Positions 10,281 to 20,050 are shown, counted from the stretch's first letter. The stretch: DNA of 64,000 bases from Candidatus Gottesmanbacteria bacterium (GCA_963711735.1 CAVQFA010000003.1:18971-82970); one strand, 5' to 3'. Numbers and translations are program-made. The notes: generated from the letters alone by a model not told the origin.

Positions 10281-11963
10281 ATGAATCCGTACGCTTCAGA
10301 TAAACTCAACGTAATACAGCTATGCATTTCCGGAATTATTACTCTTCTGGTCTGTATACTTCTTTGGTTCAGGGTATATCATCATGCTCTTTTTGTTTTA
10401 ACGCTGATATCAACCTGTCTTCTTATCTTCACCTCCTTACCAAAGCAATATATATTTAAGCTTCGGTTCGGAAAACCATTACTGTTATACATCCTGCTTT
10501 TCTCTCTGCCTCTCGTCATCCGGATACTCTTTTACGATATTACCCGTTTTCATGGAGATGACCTTCTCTCCTCATATTTTTCCGCGACAACCGACTGGAA
10601 AAATACGAATATGTTTGCGGGTATTCCAACGGATAAAGGTCAGTGGGTATGTCAGTTTCCGGCAATATATTTCTATCTGCAATACCTTTTTTTCCGTATA
10701 TTCGGTGCGTCATTGCTGACGGTAAAACTGTCAGTTCTTCCTTATATTTTCATTATTGGTGCATCACTCTATGGTATAGCAGCCACTTTGTTTGATAAAA
10801 AAACAGGCGTTATCAGTGTCATACTCTATAGTTTCTTTGCACCGGCTTTATATCTGGAAACGCTCGGTCTTCATTTCGCATCATCCACAGCCGCTTTCAC
10901 AACTGCGGTATTTCTCATGATTCTCACGGTCCGTCATCGAAATTACGGGTTTGCTGTTGCAACCGGTATCGTTGTCGGACTTTGCTACCTGACATACACC
11001 TCATCCTATATCGCAGGTCCGCTCATAATCTGTACGTTACTCATATCTGCCCTGAATAAACGGTCTGTGCAACTTTTCGCCTCTGCGTGTATAACGCTCA
11101 TCATTTCTCTTATGATCATCGCTCCGTACGGAGTCTATACAATCCGTAACGGCAATTATTTTCCCGGCAGGGCAAAACAGGTTTCATTGGTCAACGGAGA
11201 ATGGTCGCCGGTAAAGAATCTGAAAGGCACAATATTTTCTTATGTTCCGGCAATTACTTCAAATGCTGTACTTTCTTTCCGGTCTGTCTATACAGACGGA
11301 TTAAGCGGACACGGTGGATATAATTTCGGTAAACGGGCATTATTGGATCCCCTGTCATTAATCCTTTTTATTGCAGGATGTTTAATCATATGGAAACAAA
11401 TCCGGCATTCGAAACTTCTCCTTATTATTCCTCTCACAGTCTGCACTGCATTTTTCTTTGGAGTTATACTGACGATTCCGCCTCCTGCATTCCATAGATT
11501 TTCCGTAGTTTTCCCGATGTTGGTTCTCATAATGGCTCTGCCTATTTCCGTATGTTTTGTATCTAAATTGTTGAAGCCTGTGGGAATGATTATTGCAGTT
11601 TTCATTATCATTGTTTATTCAATTATCAACATACAAATATTTAAGGAATCAGCCGCCCCGGAAACAAACAATGAAGCATTTCGTCTGGCAGGATACATTG
11701 CCGGTCACTACGACAATAATATCCCCATCTATGTCGCATCGTTCCCGGGATATGTTCTGGAAAAGGAATTCTATTTCATGCCTGTATTTGATACGCATCA
11801 GATAAAAACGGATTATCATCAGAATTTTTTAAACTCTTTTCCGCCGGAACCGTATCTCTTTGTTTATATTTTTCCGGAGGTATTCGAACAGAAATTTATT
11901 GCGAAAAATCCGAACGGAAAAACAGTACAATTCAGTAAAACGTACGGTTTGTTTTCCGATTAA
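10281..11963 (+). CDS. ArnT/PMT-like (GT-C) glycosyltransferase
   Basis: HGDD acidic motif after early TM, polytopic, C-terminal soluble domain. Confidence 0.75.
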   Translation: MNPYASDKLNVIQLCISGIITLLVCILLWFRVYHHALFVLTLISTCLLIFTSLPKQYIFKLRFGKPLLLYILLFSLPLVIRILFYDITRFHGDDLLSSYFSATTDWKNTNMFAGIPTDKGQWVCQFPAIYFYLQYLFFRIFGASLLTVKLSVLPYIFIIGASLYGIAATLFDKKTGVISVILYSFFAPALYLETLGLHFASSTAAFTTAVFLMILTVRHRNYGFAVATGIVVGLCYLTYTSSYIAGPLIICTLLISALNKRSVQLFASACITLIISLMIIAPYGVYTIRNGNYFPGRAKQVSLVNGEWSPVKNLKGTIFSYVPAITSNAVLSFRSVYTDGLSGHGGYNFGKRALLDPLSLILFIAGCLIIWKQIRHSKLLLIIPLTVCTAFFFGVILTIPPPAFHRFSVVFPMLVLIMALPISVCFVSKLLKPVGMIIAVFIIIVYSIINIQIFKESAAPETNNEAFRLAGYIAGHYDNNIPIYVASFPGYVLEKEFYFMPVFDTHQIKTDYHQNFLNSFPPEPYLFVYIFPEVFEQKFIAKNPNGKTVQFSKTYGLFSD

Positions 11964-11972
11964 TTTCCGTGG

Positions 11973-13533
11973 TTACTTTTCTATAGTAAAAAATGCTTTC
12001 TGACCGTTTCCGTCAAAATGTTGTGTAATTTCCGCTGACGGTACACACCCGGAATAGATATCGAGCAACTGCTCACTGTTTGGTGCGATAACTATAGCAA
12101 AAGAGGATAAACTCTTGAGCGTATTGCAGGACGGTTGTACGGGATCCTGAGGGAAATTCCTGCGTTTGGATGCATCACGAAGTCTGTAATAGACCGCTTT
12201 CGGTTCCGGTATGCCCCAATCCCCCCAACAGCACGACGCCATATATGTTTGCGTTTTGTCGGGAAGTGAATCAAAATATTGGGCAATCATTATTCCCCAG
12301 GGCCCGTTTTGTTGGGGTAATGTTCTTGGATATTGATAAAAATATGCATTACAGACACCGGAAAATATATAGATAAAAATGATGCCCGTCAGGAAATATG
12401 CTGCAATTTTTAGTCTTGACCGTATAAATTCGTATAGAACTGAAATTCCGACTCCGGCAAGGATAAAACAAAATGGCGCCAGCGCAAGCGTCCGTGAGGA
12501 CGACGGGATCTCTATACTTAAAATTGTCGGAAGTACTGCGGGTAATGGAAGCAGGACAAACGGTATGACAATCAGTAACGCTTTAGGTCGGTATTTTTTC
12601 CTGAAAAGCATATACAATCCGATCAGCATAAAAAACGCCGTAACCGGCTCTAAAAAACCCCTGTTGGGAACGTTTGTGCGGAAACTTCTTTCCCCGTATA
12701 CAAATAGTCCGCGCATACTCGTGAGATAATTACCCGCCAATGTAACTCCGTATGATAATGGCGTAATGTTATTTGTATTTGTGAACTTACTTCCTATATA
12801 TCCTTTTATAAATTCCTGAGGCTGCAATGTTATGATTTTAATAAAAAACAAGCTAATAGGAACTACGCCTAATATCAATACGGGAAGCTGTGTAAAAAAC
12901 TTATGTTCCCTCAAAAGTATAATGCCGGCACAGAGCAGATAAATAAAAGGCAGATGAAATAAGGCAGGATATGTAACAAATCCCAGTGATGATATAAATC
13001 CTCCGAGAATTAAATCTGAATTTTTACCGCTTTTTATGTATTTCGACAACAAGAATATTGGGAAAGACGCTAAAAAAGGAGAAAACATCTGGGGTGACGT
13101 TCCGAGCCTTGCCCAAACCAGAATCCAAAATGATCCGGCGGTAAAAAGTGCAGAAAACAAAGCTATCTCAGGGGTAAATATCGATTGTGCGAGCAGAAAT
13201 ACGGAAATAATTCCGGAACCTGCAATAAGTATTGATACAAATTTATACGTTTCCCAGGTATCTCCGAATATATATGCAAAAGGAGCAACAACATAATGAT
13301 AGAGAGGACCGGTGCTTTGAAAAAAAGTGATCGGCCAGCTGTCCGTCCAGTATGCTCACGACATACTCGTGTTCATTGGATATGTCACCATACCATTCGC
13401 CGGGAAGCCCGCGGATGTTATAGAGGGCAATTGTGCAAAATATACCAAGAACGATACCGATACCGTAATGTTTATGGATAAATGTCCGGATAACACGTAT
13501 CAACATTCTAGTGGCTCCAAAGCAGTCTTTCAT
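11973..13533 (-). CDS. GT-C-like glycosyltransferase, split by an apparent frameshift (~13320)
   Basis: ORF 13243..13533 (PGEWYGD motif) continues in another frame into 11973..13160. Confidence 0.65.
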
Positions 13534-14659
13534 AGGAAGTTATAACGTTCTCTTCTGATATCTGTTTGAAAAATATCCCTGATGAATGACCTAAAAACTG
13601 CCTTTTTTGCTGTACTATTCTGATAATTGCTTCCGCTATCGCATTACTGTCACGCGGGTGAACAATAATTCCCATACCTGTTACCCGCACCGGTACACGT
13701 ATGCCCGGTAGATCACTTGCGATAACCGGCACACCGGAGAGCATCGCTTCTGCCTGAACCATGCCGAATGCTTCCGTTGAATTGACGGATGGTACGACGA
13801 GCACATCCAGCAGTGCGTATAATGCTGCCAGTTCATCATCAGACAATTGTCCCAGCAGAATGATATGGTCTTTGTACGTATTAAATAATGATTTGATGGT
13901 CTTTTTATATGCATCTTCTCCTACAACATCGTCCGGTCCTGCTATAACAAGCTTTATACTTTTTTTCTGTGTAGGCATATTACGGAGAATGAGCGGAATT
14001 GACTGTATCAGATATTCTATTCCCTTCTCTGCCGCGATCCGTCCGATAAATCCTATGAGGATTGTGTTTTTCTTATTTACTTTATTTTCTATACTTTTTT
14101 TTATCCTTTCCGGTGGTTTACCCACAACTATTGGGGGATATAAAGGTATGACTTTCCTGAGGAACGGTTTGAGAAGTCTCGAATGCTCTGCGAAGTCCTG
14201 ACTTGATGTTACGATCCGTGAGCTTAATAAAAGTGAAATTCTGTTTACTGATTCAAGAAGGTATTGAATAATAGAATTGATCAATCCTTTGGGAAGCACA
14301 ACTTCACAATGATACACGGAAATAACTCTTTTATTCATCATCCACGCAAAACATGCGACAATCCATCCTTCAAACTGCGGAAGGTGAATGATAAAAACAT
14401 CGTTTTTTTGGGTTAATCGTAATGATTGGATTATCCAGTCAAATGAGAGAAATCCTTTACTGATTTGTAAGAAAGGGTTTGCACGAACGATATAAACACC
14501 GTTGAGTGTTTCCCTATTCGGAAGATTTTTGGTATTTTGCATGGAGAGCACTGTTACCCTATGTCCTTTATGAGCAAGCCCTTCAGCTATACTCCTGGCA
14601 TATACTGTCAGTCCGGAAAGATACGGAGTGTAATAAGTGAGTGAAATAAGGACATTCAT
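13508..14659 (-). CDS. glycosyltransferase family 4
   Basis: YYTPYLSGLT, GRIAAEKG, EAFGMVQAEAM (EX7E). Confidence 0.92.
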   Translation of the reverse strand: MNVLISLTYYTPYLSGLTVYARSIAEGLAHKGHRVTVLSMQNTKNLPNRETLNGVYIVRANPFLQISKGFLSFDWIIQSLRLTQKNDVFIIHLPQFEGWIVACFAWMMNKRVISVYHCEVVLPKGLINSIIQYLLESVNRISLLLSSRIVTSSQDFAEHSRLLKPFLRKVIPLYPPIVVGKPPERIKKSIENKVNKKNTILIGFIGRIAAEKGIEYLIQSIPLILRNMPTQKKSIKLVIAGPDDVVGEDAYKKTIKSLFNTYKDHIILLGQLSDDELAALYALLDVLVVPSVNSTEAFGMVQAEAMLSGVPVIASDLPGIRVPVRVTGMGIIVHPRDSNAIAEAIIRIVQQKRQFLGHSSGIFFKQISEENVITSYERLLWSH

Positions 14660-15225
14660 GAATTTTGCGTCGCCTGCTCTATCTCTGCAAGCGCCTTTTT
14701 CAGGTATGGTATTTTATGCGGATAATCGATTCTCCGATCTGTTACGTTATAATTCCAATATACGACAGCGCTGGTTCGCGGCTGTACATATTCAACGATA
14801 TCCCAATTATCCTCTACAAAATAGTCTAACTTCAGCCTCTCGATAACATCAAGCTTATGTTCATGCGGCTGCAAATCGTGCATATTCATATTCACACTTG
14901 TAAATATAGACTCCATTCCGTATCGCCTGAGCCATCTCGTTAAACTTGGCTGGAGGAAATGGAACCGCGCGGTTATGAGATGAAACTCCATATCCGGACG
15001 CTTCGAGAGTTCGCGGAGAAGCTTTGTACCGTTTGCCGGAAAAACGCTCGATTCATGAACAACAATCCAAAAAAATCGCTCAAGGGGTGTTGATGGGACA
15101 AAGAAACGAAGTCTTTTTACCCCGAGAACTTCCCGTTTAAACCATGTGACAGGTGCACGGATAATACGGAAAGGATTGTATGCCACTACTCCGTCAAAAT
15201 CCAAACCAACCTTAATTTTTTTCAT
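14656..15225 (-). CDS. HAD-superfamily phosphatase / nucleotidase-like protein
   Basis: Motif I GLDFDGVV, motif II ITAR, motif III K, motif IV FVEDN. Confidence 0.75.
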   Translation of the reverse strand: MKKIKVGLDFDGVVAYNPFRIIRAPVTWFKREVLGVKRLRFFVPSTPLERFFWIVVHESSVFPANGTKLLRELSKRPDMEFHLITARFHFLQPSLTRWLRRYGMESIFTSVNMNMHDLQPHEHKLDVIERLKLDYFVEDNWDIVEYVQPRTSAVVYWNYNVTDRRIDYPHKIPYLKKALAEIEQATQNS

Positions 15226-15337
15226 ACATTTGAAAATATTCAACTTCAAATCTTCTGCTTTCCTCTTCCCTCATTCCTCATAATTCTTATTCGTAAATCA
15301 ATCGTAAATCGTTAAATCCTTTTGACTTATCAATATT

Positions 15338-16270
15338 CTACTGTCCCAACCCATACACAACCAGAAGTACGCTTGCCCCCCAGATGACAACAGACGAGAT
15401 GAGAGCTTTATCCGTAGTTATGAGTTTCTCTAAAAGTCCTTCCCTGACGGAGTAAATTATCTGCAGATACCGCATAATGGCGTAAAGAGCAGGCGGTACA
15501 GTTATCATGAGCCATTTCCTTTCTAACCATCCGGCAACAACCCCGTCCATCCCGCGGAAAAGTCCGGACCCGCCCTGCACTGTGAGAAATGTAAAGTACG
15601 CGTATGTGACAAACGTTGCGTTAGCAAAAACAGCCACATACGCATCAAGAAGTCTTTCTGAATAGAGAAATTGCTGGCCCCGCCCGATACCGTCACGGAG
15701 CCTGTCGTGGATTTTGAGAAAAGAAAGTTCTGCGCGGCGCTTTCCGATTGCCAGAAGAAGTGATGCTGAAAGGACTGTTAAAAATAACCAGACGGATATA
15801 TGATATCCGCTCGCAGCTTCCCCTGCCAGAACACGTAGGAGATATCCTGCAGAAATCGCCAACACATCAATGACACTATGGTAGCGGAAAATATAGTACG
15901 AACCATAGTGAAGGAGTATAAATCCAAGTGCGATACTCACAAAAGAGGAGCTTATGGTATATCCGATAGCAAGACCGGAAGCTGCAAACATGAGTGATAC
16001 TATGATTGCACGCTTCTCAGGAAGCTCACGGGTAGCTACCGGTCGGACACGTTTAAACGGATGACGCCGGTCTGATGCGGCATCCAGAATATCGTTGAGA
16101 ATATAGTTCGAGGAGGATAAAAGACAAAACGAAAAAAACGCAAGTATTGTTTTCCATACTACTTCTCCGTCAAACAGATATCCACCGAATAGAATCGGGA
16201 GAAAAAGAAGCCCGTTTTTGAGCCATTGTCTGGGTCTGGCAACGTCAATAATTGCTCGGATCTGTTTCAT
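15338..16270 (-). CDS. UbiA-family prenyltransferase (decaprenyl-phosphate phosphoribosyltransferase type)
   Basis: RPRQWLKN, YILNDILDAASDRRHPFKRVRPVA, KRRAE, RY motifs. Confidence 0.9.
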   Translation of the reverse strand: MKQIRAIIDVARPRQWLKNGLLFLPILFGGYLFDGEVVWKTILAFFSFCLLSSSNYILNDILDAASDRRHPFKRVRPVATRELPEKRAIIVSLMFAASGLAIGYTISSSFVSIALGFILLHYGSYYIFRYHSVIDVLAISAGYLLRVLAGEAASGYHISVWLFLTVLSASLLLAIGKRRAELSFLKIHDRLRDGIGRGQQFLYSERLLDAYVAVFANATFVTYAYFTFLTVQGGSGLFRGMDGVVAGWLERKWLMITVPPALYAIMRYLQIIYSVREGLLEKLITTDKALISSVVIWGASVLLVVYGLGQ

Positions 16271-16509
16271 GTATCCTACCACCCAGAGTATATACCATTC
16301 TTACTCCGGTTTGCACCCTAAAAATTTCGCAAAATTCATGAAATGAATTATTTTATGAAAATAATTCAGCGAAATTTTTGGGGAAAAAGCGGATTAGAAT
16401 GGTATATGCTGGAAAAATCAGGTGCAAACCTGAGTTTTTTCAGTATAAAGTAGAGCGAATAAATTAAAAAGAGCAGTAATTCTCGTTCGCTTGGAGGTAT
16501 AATGTATGC

Positions 16510-17822
16510 ATGACAATCGCTGTTATCGGAGGAGGACTTACGGGACTATCTGCGGCATACAGATTTGCTCAAAAAGGTGCGGAAGTGCATGTATATGAGA
16601 AAGAACGCTATTTGGGCGGGTTATCCCGCGGATTTAAAGCTCCGGGATGGGAATGGTCACTCGAGACATTCTATCATCACTTTTTTACGAACGACGCGGA
16701 TCTTATAAGTCTTGCAGGAGAGTTGAATATTGCTGACCGTTTACTCACAAAAAGACCCATTACCGCAACGCTCGTTGGCCGGAAGGAAAAATTTATCAAC
16801 TCGATTCCCCGCTCTCCCTTTTGAAATTCGACCGGATATCACCGGGAGACCGTCTGAGAACCGGCGCAATGTTGGCATTCTTAAAAATAAATCCGTTTTG
16901 GAAACCAATGGAAAGTGTAACCGCTGAAAATTTCATTAAAAATTTTGGTGGAAACGAAGGGTGGAAAACGCTCTGGGAACCCCTTCTGTATGGGAAGTTC
17001 GGATCCTTTGCCTCACAAATTTGCGCTTCCTGGTTTTGGGCGAGAATCCATAAACGGACGACGAACTTAGGATATTTCAGGGGTGGGTTTCAGACACTGA
17101 TAGATCATCTTGAAAAAGCTGTCAAATCACATGGTGGAGAAATACGACATGGGTTACGTCTGTTGATTCGGTAGAGATGGACGGACATTCCGGCTCTCAA
17201 CGGTATAAAATTCTTGATTCATACTATGATAAAGTTCTTCTCACCGTTCCCACCCCAATTGCAGATAAAATTCTTTCCCGGCTCACAACTGATGACCCAC
17301 AACTGACAACTGACAACTTACAGCTTACAACCCATAACACTAATCCCCCATCTTCATGCCCAGATGCTTATTCTGGAAACGAAGGAACCGATTTTGGAAC
17401 GTACATACTGGCTTAATATCAATGACCGGTCGTTCCCGTTCCTGGCAGCTGTCGCGCATACGAATTTCATGGATAAAAAGTACTATGGCAACCACCATAT
17501 CACATATTTCGGTAACTACCTCCCCGACAACCACCCCTATCTTTCCATGAATGCCGACCGATTACTTGATACTTTCTATCCTTATATTCAACAATTAAAT
17601 TCCGGTTTTCGTAAATCGTATATCGTCAATCGTAAATCATTTGTAGGAATGAATGCCCAGCCGGTTCATACCCTTCATTACTCACAAAAAGCTCCGAAAC
17701 TGGAAACCGGCATACCGGACGTGTATCTGGCAAATTTGGACTCCATCTACCCCTGGGACCGTGGAACGAATTATGCTATCGCTTTAGGAAAAACCTCGGC
17801 CGAAAAAATTCTTCAAAACTAA
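16510..17822 (+). CDS. FAD-dependent oxidoreductase (protoporphyrinogen oxidase/amine oxidase-like), three apparent frameshifts
   Basis: IAVIGGGLTGL, FYHHFF, WFWARI, YPWDRGTNYA spread over ORFs 16510, 16821, 17177 and 17364. Confidence 0.8.
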
Positions 17823-18150
17823 CTCAACGACTATTCCCATATAAACAATTATAGATTTTTAAAATCCATTACTCAATGATCTTCATCAACAGGAAAGTGC
17901 TGGTACGATAAAAAAACGGCAGTCTAAAAAAACGCACGTAAGGTATCCTTTATGGGAAGTTGATCGCCTGCCCAACAATCAACTCCCCATATAAGTTACC
18001 TCTCGTGCGTTTTTAATATCTTAACTTTTGTTGCATTGAAAATTGTCTGAGTCTTTTGGTGCAACTGCCCGTTCATTTCAAAAATTCAATGTCCCCTTTT
18101 TTGTACTTTTACAGGATAGTAAATTTTTCATTACTGCATCTGAGTAACAA

Positions 18151-18291
18151 ATGTATCTACCTGTATACCAATTCTACTCGAAAGCCCAAACCCAAACATT
18201 TCGTGCCGTTGATTGTATCGCTGGAATTATGAGTTGTCAATTGGATAATGCTGAGAATATACTTAAAAATGATAAACGTTATAAGTTATAA
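18151..18291 (+). CDS. possible 46-aa small ORF
   Basis: MYLPVYQFYSKAQTQTFRAVDCIAGIMSCQLDNAENILKNDKRYKL*; terminator-like hairpin follows at 18341-18378; no recognised homology. Confidence 0.3.
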   Translation: MYLPVYQFYSKAQTQTFRAVDCIAGIMSCQLDNAENILKNDKRYKL

Positions 18292-18380
18292 ATAATTGTC
18301 GTGGAAAAATTACGGAGAAAAATGTATGAATTAAGCCACTAAAACAATCTAATCTAAAAAGATTAGCTTTGTTTTTTTAT

Positions 18381-18409
18381 TTGACAGGATTTCACGGTGT
18401 TGTTACATT
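18381..18409 (+). promoter_or_regulatory. sigma70-type promoter
   Basis: TTGACA-17 bp-TACATT with extended TG; no downstream ORF. Confidence 0.7.
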
Positions 18410-18415
18410 CTCTAA

Positions 18416-18519
18416 CTAGATATTGCCACATCTCTGCTCAAGATCGGCATTATCATTACAAAAAGCATTACTACTCGTAGCCCAAACCCAATTCTAGCTA
18501 GCGGTAGTGATGCTTTTTT
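18416..18519 (+). ncRNA. putative ~100-nt small RNA
   Basis: Lies between the promoter at 18381 and a terminator stem AAAAAGCATTACTAC/GTAGTGATGCTTTTT with U-tract. Confidence 0.5.
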
Positions 18520-18766
18520 ATTGTCGTTGAGAGTAGTAATTTCGAGTCATTGAGAAATTATGTACTCTCAACGATTCAGCGCACGAAGTGTCGCTGAATT
18601 CACCTTGTAAATAATCTCCTATCGAATTTTCAACAAATTACGTACTCTCAACAGTGTCACTAGGACTACTACGATATCATCCACCATCAATACCTATCAG
18701 TCATAGATGACAAAAGAGATCTATGACTACCAAGATACCCCACAGGGCGTATGTAGATTACATTCC

Positions 18767-18943
18767 CTATAGCGTAAATACCGGAATGCTCAATCCCTTT
18801 TTCTTGAGCGCTATAAACTGACTCCGCGCATCTTTTTCAAACCGCTCACGCTCAATTTCAAGCGGAGATGCCCTCCTACTCTCCTGTTTTCCAAATATTT
18901 TGGAAAACCCCAAACCCATCTTTGCCAGCAGTTTCTTTGTCAT
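18767..18943 (-). CDS. 58-aa basic small protein (below ORF-track cutoff)
   Basis: MTKKLLAKMGLGFSKIFGKQESRRASPLEIERERFEKDARSQFIALKKKGLSIPVFTL*; TTGACA on minus at 18978-18973. Confidence 0.65.
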   Translation of the reverse strand: MTKKLLAKMGLGFSKIFGKQESRRASPLEIERERFEKDARSQFIALKKKGLSIPVFTL

Positions 18944-19145
18944 ATATTTATTTAAACGGGTTGTAAACTGCTTGTCAAGTCCTATAGGAAATTCAGTTAT
19001 TAAAATATATATACCTATAGTTATTTTAACTATAGTTAGATCATTACAGCAACGTTTATTTTTTTATGATATTTATGTGGATAAGTTTGGGAAGAAGCTG
19101 ATACGCGACTACTCAGCGTATAAAAGAGGGATATGTGAATGTATA

Positions 19146-20000
19146 TTAATTCTTCAGTCTAGCAAAGAAGAGTTGTCCTGCCGGAGTCTGATGAACTTTA
19201 GTCACAACAACGATCAGACTCACCCCCACCTTGTCCCGTGCGTCATCAACAATGACCATTGTTCCGTCAGGAAGATACCCGACGCCCTGCGCACGTTCCT
19301 TCCCTTCGTGGGAAATTTGGATTGTTAGTTCTTCTCCCGGAACAAGAGCAACCCGAAGCGCCTGTGCCAGATCATGAATATTTATAACCCGTACACCCTC
19401 TGCGCGGGCCAGTTGTGCAAGGTTAAAATCGATCGTTAAAAGCTTAACTTTATACCTTTTGGCTATTGCCAGAAGTTTGCGGTCAACTTCTTTTATCTCC
19501 TGGGGGTCTTCATTGATTATTTTGACTTTAATCCGGTCGTTCGCCTTCTGGCCTTTTAACTTAGAAACCACATCCAGTCCCCTTCTCCCCTTCGTTCTTC
19601 TGATCATATCCGGACTGTCTGCGATATGCTGAACTTCAGCAAGTACTATTTCCGGTATGACAAGCGTTCCGGATAGGAAACCTGCGTTCACAACCGGCAG
19701 AATCCGTCCGTCGATAAGAACGCTTGTATCTACCAATATAGGAAATTCACCCAGCGCCACCGGCTTAGATGCCGTTTTTTTCTCCCCGTTTGTCCTGCGG
19801 AAAGGCCGGGTGGTAAGTTGGCCGAATGTTGTTAAATTTCTCACTATCTCACGGGCGAGTGCCTGAGTAAACTCTGCTGTCGGTTGGCCAAAACGACGTT
19901 TTGGAGCCTCTGTACCGGATTTAACAGAAGATGGAATTATGTCTGTTTTGATTTTCGCCTGAGATTGTTTCTTATCAGGCTGAATTCCTTTTGTTTTCAT
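19146..20000 (-). CDS. PIN/TRAM domain protein (YacL-like)
   Basis: LVDTSVLIDGRI, RRTKGRRGLD, EVD, TIDFNL, QGVGYLPDGTMVIV; TACAAT 7 nt before the ATG at 20000. Confidence 0.9.
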   Translation of the reverse strand: MKTKGIQPDKKQSQAKIKTDIIPSSVKSGTEAPKRRFGQPTAEFTQALAREIVRNLTTFGQLTTRPFRRTNGEKKTASKPVALGEFPILVDTSVLIDGRILPVVNAGFLSGTLVIPEIVLAEVQHIADSPDMIRRTKGRRGLDVVSKLKGQKANDRIKVKIINEDPQEIKEVDRKLLAIAKRYKVKLLTIDFNLAQLARAEGVRVINIHDLAQALRVALVPGEELTIQISHEGKERAQGVGYLPDGTMVIVDDARDKVGVSLIVVVTKVHQTPAGQLFFARLKN

Positions 20001-20050
20001 AACGGGTATTGTATCACGAAGATATGGATGTTTGTGTCTACGTACTGTCA

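Noticed and set aside
18900-19140. Replication origin (oriC)
   Set aside because: Only one DnaA box, no dnaA or dnaN nearby, and gene strand bias stays minus on both sides.
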